A DNA stretch of 64,000 nucleotides from an uncultured virus (IMG/VR IMGVR_UViG_3300027578_000004) (lineage: Duplodnaviria; Heunggongvirae; Uroviricota; Caudoviricetes): the IMG/VR virus record IMGVR_UViG_3300027578_000004; one strand, 5' to 3'. How positions within the stretch are numbered: position 1 is the stretch's first letter; every line of letters begins with the position of its first letter. Positions 1 to 9,793 of the stretch are shown in pieces. The translations under genes and the position numbers were made by a program. The notes beneath the pieces are model-generated. The model saw only the letters and a list, made by a program, of their open reading frames with translations, did not search any database and was not told where the DNA came from.

Positions 1-620
1 ATCAAAAACCCAGTGTTCTTTCTGGATACCAATGACGATACATTCAGAAACTTGACTCTCTTGGCAAACCGTTGATAGTTTATTGGAACCGGACTGAATA
101 TTCTGGCATTTTCAAATAAGTCAACTATACTGTGACGTTTATAGTGAACGGGTGGTATTGTGTGTGGTTCCACTATAATATCCTTCTTGATGCCTGAATT
201 TACAAACACCTCTTTACACCATTGTGAAGGCACGCTTACTACATTTACGATACTGTCATTTATCGCTTTTACCCACTTGTCTGGAAGCGGATCAAAGTCC
301 CATACAGTTCTGCCAGTAATTTTTTTGTTACCAATCCAATCTTTGTGTGACTCAATGACTTGATTCCAAATGTCGGGTGTAAAATGAATCACCACTTCCG
401 AATCACTCAACTTTTCTTTCTTTGAAAATACGGGAAGCTTCTTTAAGTTGTTGTGAAAATACTTGTAAAACTCAGTGTCATCTTTTACTGGTGCTCCAGA
501 CAATGTAGCAAAATAAACTTCATGACCGTTTTGTAATAGGTCATAAATGTATCCCTTGGCCGCATTAGCATACCCACTCGCACCATCCGCACCGAAATAA
601 ACAACTTTCTTGTTACTCAT
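1..620 (-). CDS. Glycosyltransferase (GT-B/GT4-like), partial; runs off the window edge
   Basis: Not in the ORF track. Manual translation from ATG at 620 gives MSNKKVVYFGADGASGYANAAKGYIYD..., with later TVWDFDPLP and VSVPSQWCKEVF segments typical of phage GT4-like proteins. Late-type motif at 626-633. Confidence 0.7.
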   Translation of the reverse strand, partial: MSNKKVVYFGADGASGYANAAKGYIYDLLQNGHEVYFATLSGAPVKDDTEFYKYFHNNLKKLPVFSKKEKLSDSEVVIHFTPDIWNQVIESHKDWIGNKKITGRTVWDFDPLPDKWVKAINDSIVNVVSVPSQWCKEVFVNSGIKKDIIVEPHTIPPVHYKRHSIVDLFENARIFSPVPINYQRFAKRVKFLNVSSLVSRKNTGFL

Positions 621-664
621 TTGGTAATAAATAGTCCGAGTGGGTATTTGCCTACTTTTTACAA

Positions 665-1624
665 TTACTTAGATATGACCTTTATGATCTTGGCAATACA
701 AGCCATGAACGTAATCTCTTTATCAATAACCAATGCATTTTGGTATAGACTTTCCGAGATATCTACAATCACACTAATTGTATGACCATTATCATACTCA
801 ATAGCCTTGTTATATAACTCAGAATACAGTTCGTCAAAATGTTTGATACCTGCATCATTGATCAACTGTCTAATCTCAGTAAATGCCTTCTTGTTGGTCT
901 TGGCAGTCTTAAGAATAGAAATCATCTTGTTCTTTACATCTGCATTGGCAGACTGTAACTTGACCAGCTCCAATTTTCCACTGGTAGAACTCTGTTGAAC
1001 AACATTGACGATCTTACGAATATCTGGATAATACTCTTTGACCACAGTTGCCACCGTTGGCATTTCAAATGTGATATTCTCCTTCGTAAGGATCTTCACG
1101 ATATACATCGCAACATCCTTCATCGTAGGAGGTTCCAATTTGAACACTTGAGTCCTACTGAACAACGGTTCAATGATCTTATCAATATAGTTACAAGTAA
1201 GAATAAAACGAGTCGTCTTACTGTAAGTCTCCATCAAATTACGAAGTGATGCCTGTGAGTTTGTAGACATATAGTCAGACTCGTCCAGAATCACAATCTT
1301 AAGATCATTGAAACCCATTGTTGATGCGAACGGCTTGATCTTATCACGAACAAAGTCAACACCAGTGTTATCTGATGCGTTGACATACATCACATCACAC
1401 GGAATGTTCTTGGTAATAATCTTTGCAAGTGTGGTCTTACCAGTTCCTGCATTACCATGAAATAACAAATGTCCAGGCACATTCTTCTTGGTGATATAAT
1501 CAGTGATGATCGATCTGACTCGTTCATCACAAATATAGTCTTCCAAAGTGTCTGGACGATACTTTTCAGCCCAAACACCATGGTCAGAAACTTGAGGTTG
1601 TTCTGTTTCAGTAAAGAAACTCAT
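665..1624 (-). CDS. gp44: Clamp loader large subunit (RFC/T4 gp44-like AAA+)
   Basis: WAEKYRP, Walker A GNAGTGKTT, NASD, Walker B ILDESD, FILTCN, sensor SRT. Confidence 0.95.
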   Translation of the reverse strand: MSFFTETEQPQVSDHGVWAEKYRPDTLEDYICDERVRSIITDYITKKNVPGHLLFHGNAGTGKTTLAKIITKNIPCDVMYVNASDNTGVDFVRDKIKPFASTMGFNDLKIVILDESDYMSTNSQASLRNLMETYSKTTRFILTCNYIDKIIEPLFSRTQVFKLEPPTMKDVAMYIVKILTKENITFEMPTVATVVKEYYPDIRKIVNVVQQSSTSGKLELVKLQSANADVKNKMISILKTAKTNKKAFTEIRQLINDAGIKHFDELYSELYNKAIEYDNGHTISVIVDISESLYQNALVIDKEITFMACIAKIIKVISK

Positions 1625-1632
1625 AATTTATA

Positions 1633-2370
1633 TTAGTCGATATTCTTGAATTCGATCAGGAAGTAATTGCTGTTAAACATTGCATTATCAAATTCAACGT
1701 TCGCAATACCTGCATCACTGATCTTCAATACAGCATTATCACAGTCTGTGTTGGAAGTCAAGATCTCCTTCAAATACTTCGCACTGAAATGAAGAGTCTT
1801 ACCAATCTTATCCTTACCTGCAACCGGCTTGACCTCAATATTGATACGATTACTGTTTACATTACTAAATCCAAGAGTCATCTTGATCTTACCCTTCTTG
1901 TCTGTGGTCAAAGTGAAAATATCAACATCACTCAACGCACTCTTTGCCTTGACAAAGGTAGTCACGAACTCCTTGGTCAACGGAATTTCCAAATTAAACG
2001 GAGGCAACTTCTTGAGTTCAGCCGCCTTTGGAATCACACTCAAATCAGCCGTAACATACTGAACATCGGTTTCGGCACTTGCCAACACCAAAGATGTAAC
2101 CTTGTCGTTGGTCTTTGTAGGAGAAATAGTCAACTCATCAGCCAAGACAGTCAACATCTTCTTCAACTTAGCTGTGTCATTAACACCAATCTCCATGTCT
2201 TCCAATCCATCATTTGTCTTGATCGTGACAAATCCCAACACGTTCTTGTCATCACTAATTGCAGATGTCTTGATGTTTGTATCTTTTGCGTTTACTACCC
2301 ACTTTACAGACTCAATAGTTCCGTTAAGTGAATACTTGTCAATGAATGTATTTAATGTTTCTTTCTTCAT
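1633..2370 (-). CDS. gp45: Sliding clamp (T4 gp45/PCNA-like)
   Basis: 245 aa beta-rich protein between the clamp loader and the polymerase; C-terminal FSAKYLKEIL...LKISDAGIANVEF...YFL is clamp-like. Confidence 0.8.
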   Translation of the reverse strand: MKKETLNTFIDKYSLNGTIESVKWVVNAKDTNIKTSAISDDKNVLGFVTIKTNDGLEDMEIGVNDTAKLKKMLTVLADELTISPTKTNDKVTSLVLASAETDVQYVTADLSVIPKAAELKKLPPFNLEIPLTKEFVTTFVKAKSALSDVDIFTLTTDKKGKIKMTLGFSNVNSNRINIEVKPVAGKDKIGKTLHFSAKYLKEILTSNTDCDNAVLKISDAGIANVEFDNAMFNSNYFLIEFKNID

Positions 2371-2378
2371 ACTTGTTT

Positions 2379-2407
2379 ATGCTACTATGTTGTTTTGTTA
2401 CTGTCAA
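2379..2407 (-). promoter_or_regulatory. Sigma70-like promoter for the clamp/clamp-loader genes
   Basis: TTGACA-N17-TAGCAT on the minus strand, 8 nt before the ATG at 2370. Confidence 0.6.
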
Positions 2408-2820
2408 ACCGTTTCAAAAAATTCTTCTGGGATAATACTAACATTAGTCTTTTCTTTAATACACCGACTATGTGTATCGTTATCCATAAAGAAAAGATCA
2501 GTTGGTGATATGTAAAAGTGATTGATCAAATAATCAGCATAAGCTACACTTCTCATTTGATAATACACCTTCACATTGTTTTGTAGTGTTCTAAACTCTA
2601 TGTAATAGACTTTTGGATCACTTAATCTGTATAACTGAGACTTGGGTATATACAATTCGTGGTCGCATATCTGATTCTTGGTAAATTCAACATACGGTCC
2701 ACGTTGTCCTATTACAACACGTTGATATTGTGTTGCAATAGGTGTGTTTGATATACAGTCAAATAAAGGTAACTTGGTTCCCTCTAAGGGGATATTCAAT
2801 AGTTTTTCGTAGGAACTCAT
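2404..2820 (-). CDS. Hypothetical protein
   Basis: 138 aa ORF filling the gap between the polymerase and clamp genes; weak TTGATG-N17-TAGTAT upstream. Confidence 0.7.
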   Translation of the reverse strand: MSSYEKLLNIPLEGTKLPLFDCISNTPIATQYQRVVIGQRGPYVEFTKNQICDHELYIPKSQLYRLSDPKVYYIEFRTLQNNVKVYYQMRSVAYADYLINHFYISPTDLFFMDNDTHSRCIKEKTNVSIIPEEFFETV

Positions 2821-2868
2821 TGATCAATACTATCAAGTGATTGACAAAACATCAACCTATAAGAAGTA

Positions 2869-5526
2869 TCAGAAACTAAAGAACTCACCAAGCTTTTTAT
2901 CAGTCTGATTTGGATAATCCCAATTCAAAATGTTATAGAAATCCAAAAGTTTACCTTTCAACTCTTGTTCATACATTGCGTTTCTATCAACATACTGATT
3001 GACAAAATCCATAATACGATCTGGATCAGTTCCGTCTGCTTTCAAAGCAATACAGTCAGAACCATACTCGTTGTTCTTCAAATATACCCACTTGATCTTT
3101 TGACCGTGGAAAATCGGAGGAACAATTTTATCCAATTCCCAATGTTGCAATAGATCATTGTAAAACAACGCAGCCTTTGCCTGTGCAGTGGTTCCTTTGA
3201 TATATTTGAACTTACTACGAGTCTTCGGATTATAATCAGTCTTGGTTTCACCACCACTCTTGAACTTGACACTGGTATTCTTTGCAATTTCAATAACAGA
3301 TGACTCGACCAAGTTGGTTTCCAAGAACTTCAAGATATTTTGATCAATGATTTCTTTGTCAGTCTTACGAAGAATATCATCCAAGAATTGTTGCATGAAC
3401 TTACGAAACTGAATTGGGAATGATGTTCTAACAACGTCAATACCCTTCACTTCCATTTCATCACACACGATACCACCCTTGTTGATGATAAACTGTGCAT
3501 ATCGTTTCTTAGCCAACCAAAAACCAGTCTTTGCAATAACTTCTTGTTTTGCATCAAACCGATGTTTTTCGATGTTAAAGAATCGAACTGCCATCATATC
3601 ATAAAACTTATTGACAAACGACTGAACTTCGCCAGTCACCTTCAAGATTGCATCAGTCATTTGCTTTTCATCATTCTGATCAATCTCAGGCATGTTCTTC
3701 TGAATGATAGGCAGCGCACTTGCGAAACAAGAATCAGTGTCGGTATAAATCACCCAATCACCTTCGGTTTCGTTCAACGTCTTCTTGAAATATTCATTGA
3801 TTGCCTTACCAGTGGTCTTGATAATATCTTGACCAGTGATAGTCACGGCACTCGCATTATCCTTATCATAGAATCTAAAGATAGGAAGACCCAAAACACC
3901 ATAGATTGAGTTGAGTAGAACCTTTTGAACCTTCTGTCTCTGTTCATAAAATTCATACATAGACTCATCACCTTGTTCGTGATACTTCTTAGCCATCTTA
4001 CGCATGTCTTTGCGTTCATCGAACCACTTGACCAGAATCTCTGGAATAACACCGGCAGTCTCTTTGTAATAAAGAACACCGTTACTCGCAACACTCAACT
4101 TGGATTCTGCAATCAATTTCTTGAACTGTTCATTTGTATAAGCGTTTCCACCAATATGGTAAGTGGAAATTCTGTTTTGTGTGAACATCTTGGCACTGTA
4201 GTAATACAGTCTTTGTTCAATATATTGTTCCAACGAAGTTTCTTTCTGTGTGCTGTCACTCAGATTGTTGTAATCATCGGTCAATTCTGCACGACGTTCA
4301 TCAACAAACTTTTCATCAAATTCAATTCTATCAATAACACCTATCTTGGTTTCAGGACTGATGTTAAGACTGATGATGATATTCGGATACATTGATGTAA
4401 GGTCCAAGTCAAAAACCCAATCATAACGACCAGGCTTAGGAGCCTTAACATATGCACCTTCAAATCCTTCTTCATTTTCATCTAAACGTTGCTCATATTC
4501 TTCCCTACCCTCAATAGGTTTATTCTTGGCAACTTGTCCCTTTCTACGAAGATACATAAGAATTGCACCTTCGATGAATCGTGAACTCATTTGATAACAA
4601 TCATACGGAACGTGACCCTTGTGACAAATAGCCCTAGCCAATTCAATAAACTGAAGTTTCTTCTCCAATGCGACAATAATCTGAACGTCATTCAAGTTGT
4701 ATTCGATATACTTCTTGATATCAGACTTATACAAATCATCAAGACTTCCTTTGTAGGTAATCTTTTCCATACCCACAACCTTCTTACCAATCGCATTAAG
4801 TGCATAACTTGGTTCTTTCTTGATGTTCAACTTTTCATAAAGACGCATATAGTCCAAGTGAGTCACACCAGCGATTACGAGTTTCTTACTCCAATCGTTG
4901 ATATAAGTCACACCAATCGGACTCATACGTTTTGCCTGTGAAGCACCAATAATGTTCTTCATTCGACGATACAAGTAAGGCATGTCGAAATCATTACTGT
5001 TCCAACCAGTCACAATGGTTGGTTGAATTTCTTCCCACTTGGTAACAAAGTGAGCCAACAAACTTTCCTCTGTAGTGAAACTCACAACCTCGACATTATC
5101 TTTGGAAAATGTCTCAAGTTTACCTTCTCTATCAAGAATGAAAGCAGTATACTTTTCGGTCAGACCATCACAGATTGCGATAGCTGTAATTTCCTTGTCT
5201 GCTTCATCAACGTTTGGAAATCCACCTTCGGTGCTGACCTCAATGTCCAGATACAACACACGATGTCCTTCTGAAAGATCATCACTATCTTCGTATGCGT
5301 CGATCAAGATTCTGGTTTCAATCGGAACGTCTGATTCAAACAACGATGGATCTCTGGGATTAAAACTATAAACCTTCTCAAGTTCATCACCAAAAATACT
5401 CTTATACTTTCCGTTGGGACGTTTACGATACGCATACGGTCTGAACACGAAGTTCGTGTAACCTTTTTTGTCATCCCAAAGATGACACGTATTTGTCTTT
5501 TTGTCGAAATAGATGTTTTGATACAT
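2869..5526 (-). CDS. gp43: Family B DNA polymerase with 3'-5' exonuclease (T4 gp43-like)
   Basis: ExoI LDIEV, ExoII GWNSNDFD, ExoIII YNLND, motif A DLTSMYPN, motif B KVLLNSIYG, motif C YTDTDS, KKRY, C-terminal clamp-binding-like LGEFFSF. Confidence 0.97.
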   Translation of the reverse strand: MYQNIYFDKKTNTCHLWDDKKGYTNFVFRPYAYRKRPNGKYKSIFGDELEKVYSFNPRDPSLFESDVPIETRILIDAYEDSDDLSEGHRVLYLDIEVSTEGGFPNVDEADKEITAIAICDGLTEKYTAFILDREGKLETFSKDNVEVVSFTTEESLLAHFVTKWEEIQPTIVTGWNSNDFDMPYLYRRMKNIIGASQAKRMSPIGVTYINDWSKKLVIAGVTHLDYMRLYEKLNIKKEPSYALNAIGKKVVGMEKITYKGSLDDLYKSDIKKYIEYNLNDVQIIVALEKKLQFIELARAICHKGHVPYDCYQMSSRFIEGAILMYLRRKGQVAKNKPIEGREEYEQRLDENEEGFEGAYVKAPKPGRYDWVFDLDLTSMYPNIIISLNISPETKIGVIDRIEFDEKFVDERRAELTDDYNNLSDSTQKETSLEQYIEQRLYYYSAKMFTQNRISTYHIGGNAYTNEQFKKLIAESKLSVASNGVLYYKETAGVIPEILVKWFDERKDMRKMAKKYHEQGDESMYEFYEQRQKVQKVLLNSIYGVLGLPIFRFYDKDNASAVTITGQDIIKTTGKAINEYFKKTLNETEGDWVIYTDTDSCFASALPIIQKNMPEIDQNDEKQMTDAILKVTGEVQSFVNKFYDMMAVRFFNIEKHRFDAKQEVIAKTGFWLAKKRYAQFIINKGGIVCDEMEVKGIDVVRTSFPIQFRKFMQQFLDDILRKTDKEIIDQNILKFLETNLVESSVIEIAKNTSVKFKSGGETKTDYNPKTRSKFKYIKGTTAQAKAALFYNDLLQHWELDKIVPPIFHGQKIKWVYLKNNEYGSDCIALKADGTDPDRIMDFVNQYVDRNAMYEQELKGKLLDFYNILNWDYPNQTDKKLGEFFSF

Positions 5527-5537
5527 AACCTATGTTC

Positions 5538-5768
5538 TTATGGTAGTCGCAACTTGTCCATAAGTCCATCGAAAACTTGCAGCTTCTCTGGCTTGATCAT
5601 GAGTCTGCAATTTGTTAACCTATTCATCAATTTTCTATGATTAATGCTTGTGAATAAAGATGGTTCAAGGTCAACTCCCGCTAATACGGGTGGGTTGACC
5701 TTGTTCACACAATACCACAATATTGATAATTCGTCTTCGTTAAGACTGTGTAACTGTTGTAGTGTCAT
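5538..5768 (-). CDS. Hypothetical protein
   Basis: 76 aa ORF whose start overlaps the stop of the upstream gene. Confidence 0.6.
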   Translation of the reverse strand: MTLQQLHSLNEDELSILWYCVNKVNPPVLAGVDLEPSLFTSINHRKLMNRLTNCRLMIKPEKLQVFDGLMDKLRLP

Positions 5769-6505
5769 TATTTCAGCTTAAAACCAAATATGTTAGAACC
5801 ATAATTTACAAACAAAACATTATCCAATTTGGACTGCAATGTCTTTAACTCAGCTGTATGAACTTCTTTTTCTACATCTTCTACTTCTTTGATGCTGAAA
5901 CTGTTGCCTGTGGTCTTTACGCTAGCTTCTCTTGGACTCAAAGATGCTTGTGGAGTTATTACCAAGAAGTCACCTTCCTTCAAATCCTTCTTTTTCTTGC
6001 TGCTCTTTGCATCTAGCACCACAGCCTTACCTTCCACAACATATACTTGCGTAAATTTTTCTCCAGACTTAACAAAAATCTTTGCCTTATCAAAAATAAT
6101 AAGTGCCATTGAAGTTCCCACGGTCACAGATTTGTCCGATTCACTGATAATATACATTTCTCCGATGTTAGAGAAGTTGAGAGAATGATCCTTAATTTTC
6201 ACCACTTCAGGTAGCGAAAAATTGTTTACATACTCAGTCTGAGTTGCATTGAAATAAGCCGCTGAGTTTTCCTTTTGATACACAGAAACTCTATATGGCA
6301 GGGCGTATGTCGCAGTTCCGTTTGTTCCAATTGTTACTGATAAGTTATTGGTCAAAGTGTAGGTCTTACCATTTGTTGTAGGCAATACGTTCAGTTTATT
6401 TGCAACAACCTCACCCAATTCAACTTTATCTGTAGAATCATATAGATAAAGATCATTTGCTAATAGCGAGACTCCAGTTAGTAATAATGTTAGTAATTTC
6501 TTCAT
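5768..6505 (-). CDS. Secreted/periplasmic FecR-like beta-domain protein
   Basis: Signal-peptide-like N-terminus MKKLLTLLLTGVSLLA; VTVGTSMALI and TQVYVVEGKAVV resemble FecR-domain motifs. Confidence 0.5.
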   Translation of the reverse strand: MKKLLTLLLTGVSLLANDLYLYDSTDKVELGEVVANKLNVLPTTNGKTYTLTNNLSVTIGTNGTATYALPYRVSVYQKENSAAYFNATQTEYVNNFSLPEVVKIKDHSLNFSNIGEMYIISESDKSVTVGTSMALIIFDKAKIFVKSGEKFTQVYVVEGKAVVLDAKSSKKKKDLKEGDFLVITPQASLSPREASVKTTGNSFSIKEVEDVEKEVHTAELKTLQSKLDNVLFVNYGSNIFGFKLK

Positions 6506-6529
6506 ACGTTAATAAATAGTTGTTATAAA

Positions 6530-6557
6530 TTGACAGTTCAAGGTTATAGTGTATCAT
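6530..6557 (+). promoter_or_regulatory. Sigma70-like promoter heading the plus-strand island
   Basis: TTGACA-N16-TATCAT with GTG before the -10; ATG at 6564. Confidence 0.55.
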
Positions 6558-6563
6558 GTCATT

Positions 6564-7448
6564 ATGTCTGTTCAAGAAATAAAAAAGAATCGTGTTAGTT
6601 TCAGCCAATATTCGACATTTTTGAAGTGTCCACACAAGTGGTATTTGGATTATGTCAAGAATCTTCGTGTGCGTGATGATAGTATTCACACCACATTTGG
6701 AACTGCAATTCACCATGTGTTTCAAACATATCTGGATACACTGTATAAGAAGAGTGTAACCGAGGCTGATTCATTGAACCTCAATAAAATCTTCATCGAC
6801 AAGTTTACTGAAGAAGTCAAAAAGTTGAAGCCTGAAGACTACAACGAAGAAGAGTTCACTGACTTTTGTTTTGATGGGCAAGACATTATCTCTACATTCT
6901 GTAAGACTGCCAATAGACTCAAGTATTTTCCAGCAAAAGACTATGAACTGGTTGGTATTGAAATTCCTTTGGAGATGCCACTCAAAAACAACGTTGAATT
7001 TGTTGGATTCATTGATATTGTTCTTAAGGAAGTAAACAAAGAAAAGTATCGTATTATTGACTTCAAGACTTCTGGTCAAGGTTGGAACAAGTATCAAAAA
7101 GAAGATGAAAGCAAATATGCTCAGCTTCACCTATACAAGAGTGTTTACAGTAAGAAGTTCAATGTTCCTTTGGAATCTATTGATGTCGAATTCTTCATCG
7201 TCAAACGTAAGTTGTTAGAAAACGTTAGCTTCCCACAAAGCAGAATTCAAGTATTTATTCCTCCCCATGGATCAAACCATATCAAGGAATCAATTAATAA
7301 CTTCATTGAATTCTTGGATCATGGATTCAAACCAGATGGATCTTATAATGAGGATAGTCAATATCCCAAGATTCCAGGCAATGGTAAAAAGAACTGCAAG
7401 TATTGTATCCACTACAAGAAAGCTTGCGACGGTAAAGCCACAAAATAA
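6564..7448 (+). CDS. PD-(D/E)XK exonuclease, RecB/AddB/Cas4-like, with 4-Cys Fe-S staple
   Basis: SFSQYSTFLKCP, FGTAIH, GIE, GFIDIV, IIDFKTS, QLHLY, C-terminal CKYC-x5-C. Start moved to the in-frame ATG at 6564. Confidence 0.85.
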   Translation: MSVQEIKKNRVSFSQYSTFLKCPHKWYLDYVKNLRVRDDSIHTTFGTAIHHVFQTYLDTLYKKSVTEADSLNLNKIFIDKFTEEVKKLKPEDYNEEEFTDFCFDGQDIISTFCKTANRLKYFPAKDYELVGIEIPLEMPLKNNVEFVGFIDIVLKEVNKEKYRIIDFKTSGQGWNKYQKEDESKYAQLHLYKSVYSKKFNVPLESIDVEFFIVKRKLLENVSFPQSRIQVFIPPHGSNHIKESINNFIEFLDHGFKPDGSYNEDSQYPKIPGNGKKNCKYCIHYKKACDGKATK

Positions 7449-7497
7449 AATATAAGGTCCGCCAGCATATTTACATATGTATATATGTGAATATGTT

Positions 7498-7719
7498 ATG
7501 GACCAATTTGTTACTACAGTAAAACTTGACAATGAGTTATATACTCAATTCAAGGAAATCAATGTGCGAGCACGTATATCTTTTCAGGACTTTGTAAACA
7601 AGTGTCTTGAGAAGTATGTTGAAGACGATGATTTTAGAAATGAAATCAGCGAGAGTGTTGTGCAGCAGTTGAGTTATAATAAACCGTTTCAACTCTCAAA
7701 TCCCAAAAGCAAACAATGA
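7498..7719 (+). CDS. Ribbon-helix-helix (CopG/Arc-like) DNA-binding protein
   Basis: TTVKLDNELYTQFKEINVRARISFQDFVNKCLEKY has a strand-helix-helix pattern. Start set at ATG 7498. Confidence 0.55.
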   Translation: MDQFVTTVKLDNELYTQFKEINVRARISFQDFVNKCLEKYVEDDDFRNEISESVVQQLSYNKPFQLSNPKSKQ

Positions 7720-8261
7720 AAAAGAAAAAGATACTATTATTAAGTGATGATCTTCGAATGCATAGTGGTGTGGCAACTATGAGTCGAGAACTGGTATTAG
7801 GCACATTACACCATTATGACTGGGTTCAGATCGCTGGTGCAATCAAACATCCAGAAGCCGGTAAGGTTGTGGATATGTGTGATGCTTCCAATAAAATGAC
7901 TGGTCTAAAAGACTGTTATTTGAAATTATACCCAGCCGATGGTTATGGTAATGAAGAAACACTGTTTGGTGTAATTGGTGCTGAGAAGCCTGATGCCATC
8001 CTACACTTCACAGATCCTCGTTATTGGGCTTGGTTGTATCTGATTGAGAATCAAATAAGAAGCAAGATTCCTTTAACATATCTGGACATTTGGGATGATC
8101 TACCATATCCTATGTGGAATAGACCGTTCTATAAGAGCTGTGATGCTTTGTTTGCTATTAGTAAACAGACCGACAATCTAAACAAGTGGGTATTGGGACC
8201 AGAATATTGCACCAGTATCTACGGAGACTTTGACAAGGAAGGAAAAATTGTATGCCAGTAA
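7716..8261 (+). CDS. GT4-like glycosyltransferase, N-terminal half
   Basis: KILLLSDD...SGVA, KPDAILHFTDP, IWDD, AISKQT (N-terminal Rossmann domain of GT-B). Confidence 0.8.
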   Translation: MKKKKILLLSDDLRMHSGVATMSRELVLGTLHHYDWVQIAGAIKHPEAGKVVDMCDASNKMTGLKDCYLKLYPADGYGNEETLFGVIGAEKPDAILHFTDPRYWAWLYLIENQIRSKIPLTYLDIWDDLPYPMWNRPFYKSCDALFAISKQTDNLNKWVLGPEYCTSIYGDFDKEGKIVCQ

Positions 8262-9220
8262 AAGGAAAACATTTATTACATTACGTTCCACACGGAATCG
8301 ACTCAAAGGTGTTTAACACACTTCCCAAGAACAATGGTTTGGTCAACAAACTAAAGAAGGAGTTGTTGGGCGACACCAATTACAAGTTCGTGATTGGGTT
8401 CAACAGTAGAAACACTCATAGAAAGCACCCAGCCAACCTAATTTTGGCATTCAAAAACTTCTGTGATCATTTGACTCCAGAACAAGCAAAGGAATGTGCT
8501 TTGTTGATGCATACGGACAAAACATGTGATCAAGGAACCAACCTTCTGTCAGTTATTGAAGCAGTGTGTCCAGATTATACTGTTGTCATCGACGAAAATC
8601 GTAGAACTCCAGAAGAAATGGTCGCATTTTACAATATTTGTGATGTGGTTGCCAATGTGAGTTCCAATGAAGGATTTGGATTGAGTATCGCCGAAGCAAT
8701 CATGTGTGGAACTCCAGTTATTGCAACTGTGACTGGTGGTCTACAAGATCAATTGGGTCTTGTGGATGATGATGGAAAGCCATATGAGTTTAACTTGGAG
8801 TTTGGCACCAACGTCACTGGTAAATACAAGAAACATGGTGTTTGGTCAAAGCCATTGTGGACCAAAGTTCAAACACTACAAGGTAGTCCTCCTACACCAT
8901 ACATCATGGATGACTTTGTGGATTACAAGGATATTTCTGAGGCTATCATGTATTGGTATTTGGTTGGTCCAGAAAAGAGAGAGTCATATGGTGCCGAAGG
9001 TAGACGTTGGGCACTAAACGAAGGTGGTATTAACTCTAAGAACATGTGTGATCAGTTCATTAAAGCAATGGATTTCACTATTGATAACTTTACACCACCC
9101 AAGAAGTTTGGTATATTCCGTTATAGTGAAGAGTTCAACACGGACAATTTGCCACAAGATAAACTTGGATTTGATATGCACAAGATCGATGTTGAAGCCA
9201 TCAAGAAGGAAATTCAATGA
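8252..9220 (+). CDS. GT4-like glycosyltransferase, C-terminal half
   Basis: YVPHGID, RNTHRK, SSNEGFGLSIAEAIMCGTPVIATVTGG (GT4 E-x7-E signature). Confidence 0.85.
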   Translation: MPVKGKHLLHYVPHGIDSKVFNTLPKNNGLVNKLKKELLGDTNYKFVIGFNSRNTHRKHPANLILAFKNFCDHLTPEQAKECALLMHTDKTCDQGTNLLSVIEAVCPDYTVVIDENRRTPEEMVAFYNICDVVANVSSNEGFGLSIAEAIMCGTPVIATVTGGLQDQLGLVDDDGKPYEFNLEFGTNVTGKYKKHGVWSKPLWTKVQTLQGSPPTPYIMDDFVDYKDISEAIMYWYLVGPEKRESYGAEGRRWALNEGGINSKNMCDQFIKAMDFTIDNFTPPKKFGIFRYSEEFNTDNLPQDKLGFDMHKIDVEAIKKEIQ

Positions 9221-9792
9221 ATGTTAAAAAACTATCTGATAAAGCGGTAATTCCTAGTAAGGGAAGTGTTGGTGCGGCTGGTTATGATTTGTATACAACC
9301 GAATCATATGAGCTTAAACCAGGTGAACGTAAAGCATTTAAGACCGATATCGCATTAGCTATCCCAGAAGGATTTTATGGTCGAGTAGCACCACGTAGCG
9401 GACTTGCTGTTAAACACGGTATTGATGTTCTTGCTGGTGTTATTGACAGTGATTATCGTGGAGAAATTCTAGTTGCACTAATCAACCTTGGTGACAAACC
9501 AGTTCAACTACCTATTGTAAAAGACGGTAAAGAAACCGCAATTGCTCAAATTATTTTTGAAGCATGTGGAACTATTACCGGTGGATTTGTTGAAGTCGAT
9601 GATCTAACTGCTACCCAACGTGGGTCTGGTGGATTTGGTAGTAGTGACAACAAACGTGAAACCATAGACCAAGCATCCAAACAAATGTCAAAGATGGAAG
9701 AACTATACAACAAGTTGGGAGGCATTCCAACACCGGCAAGAAAGTATAGTGAACTAATCAACGAAAGAGAACAACAACAATTCAACAAATAA
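9217..9792 (+). CDS. dut: Trimeric dUTPase with C-terminal extension
   Basis: AGYDL, PRSGLA, AGVIDSDYRGEI, IAQ, RGSGGFGSS. Confidence 0.93.
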   Translation: MNVKKLSDKAVIPSKGSVGAAGYDLYTTESYELKPGERKAFKTDIALAIPEGFYGRVAPRSGLAVKHGIDVLAGVIDSDYRGEILVALINLGDKPVQLPIVKDGKETAIAQIIFEACGTITGGFVEVDDLTATQRGSGGFGSSDNKRETIDQASKQMSKMEELYNKLGGIPTPARKYSELINEREQQQFNK

Positions 9793-9793
9793 T

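Noticed and set aside
6564..7448. Cas4-like nuclease suggesting CRISPR-Cas
   Set aside because: No repeat-spacer array or other cas genes; stand-alone Fe-S PD-(D/E)XK nucleases are common in phages.
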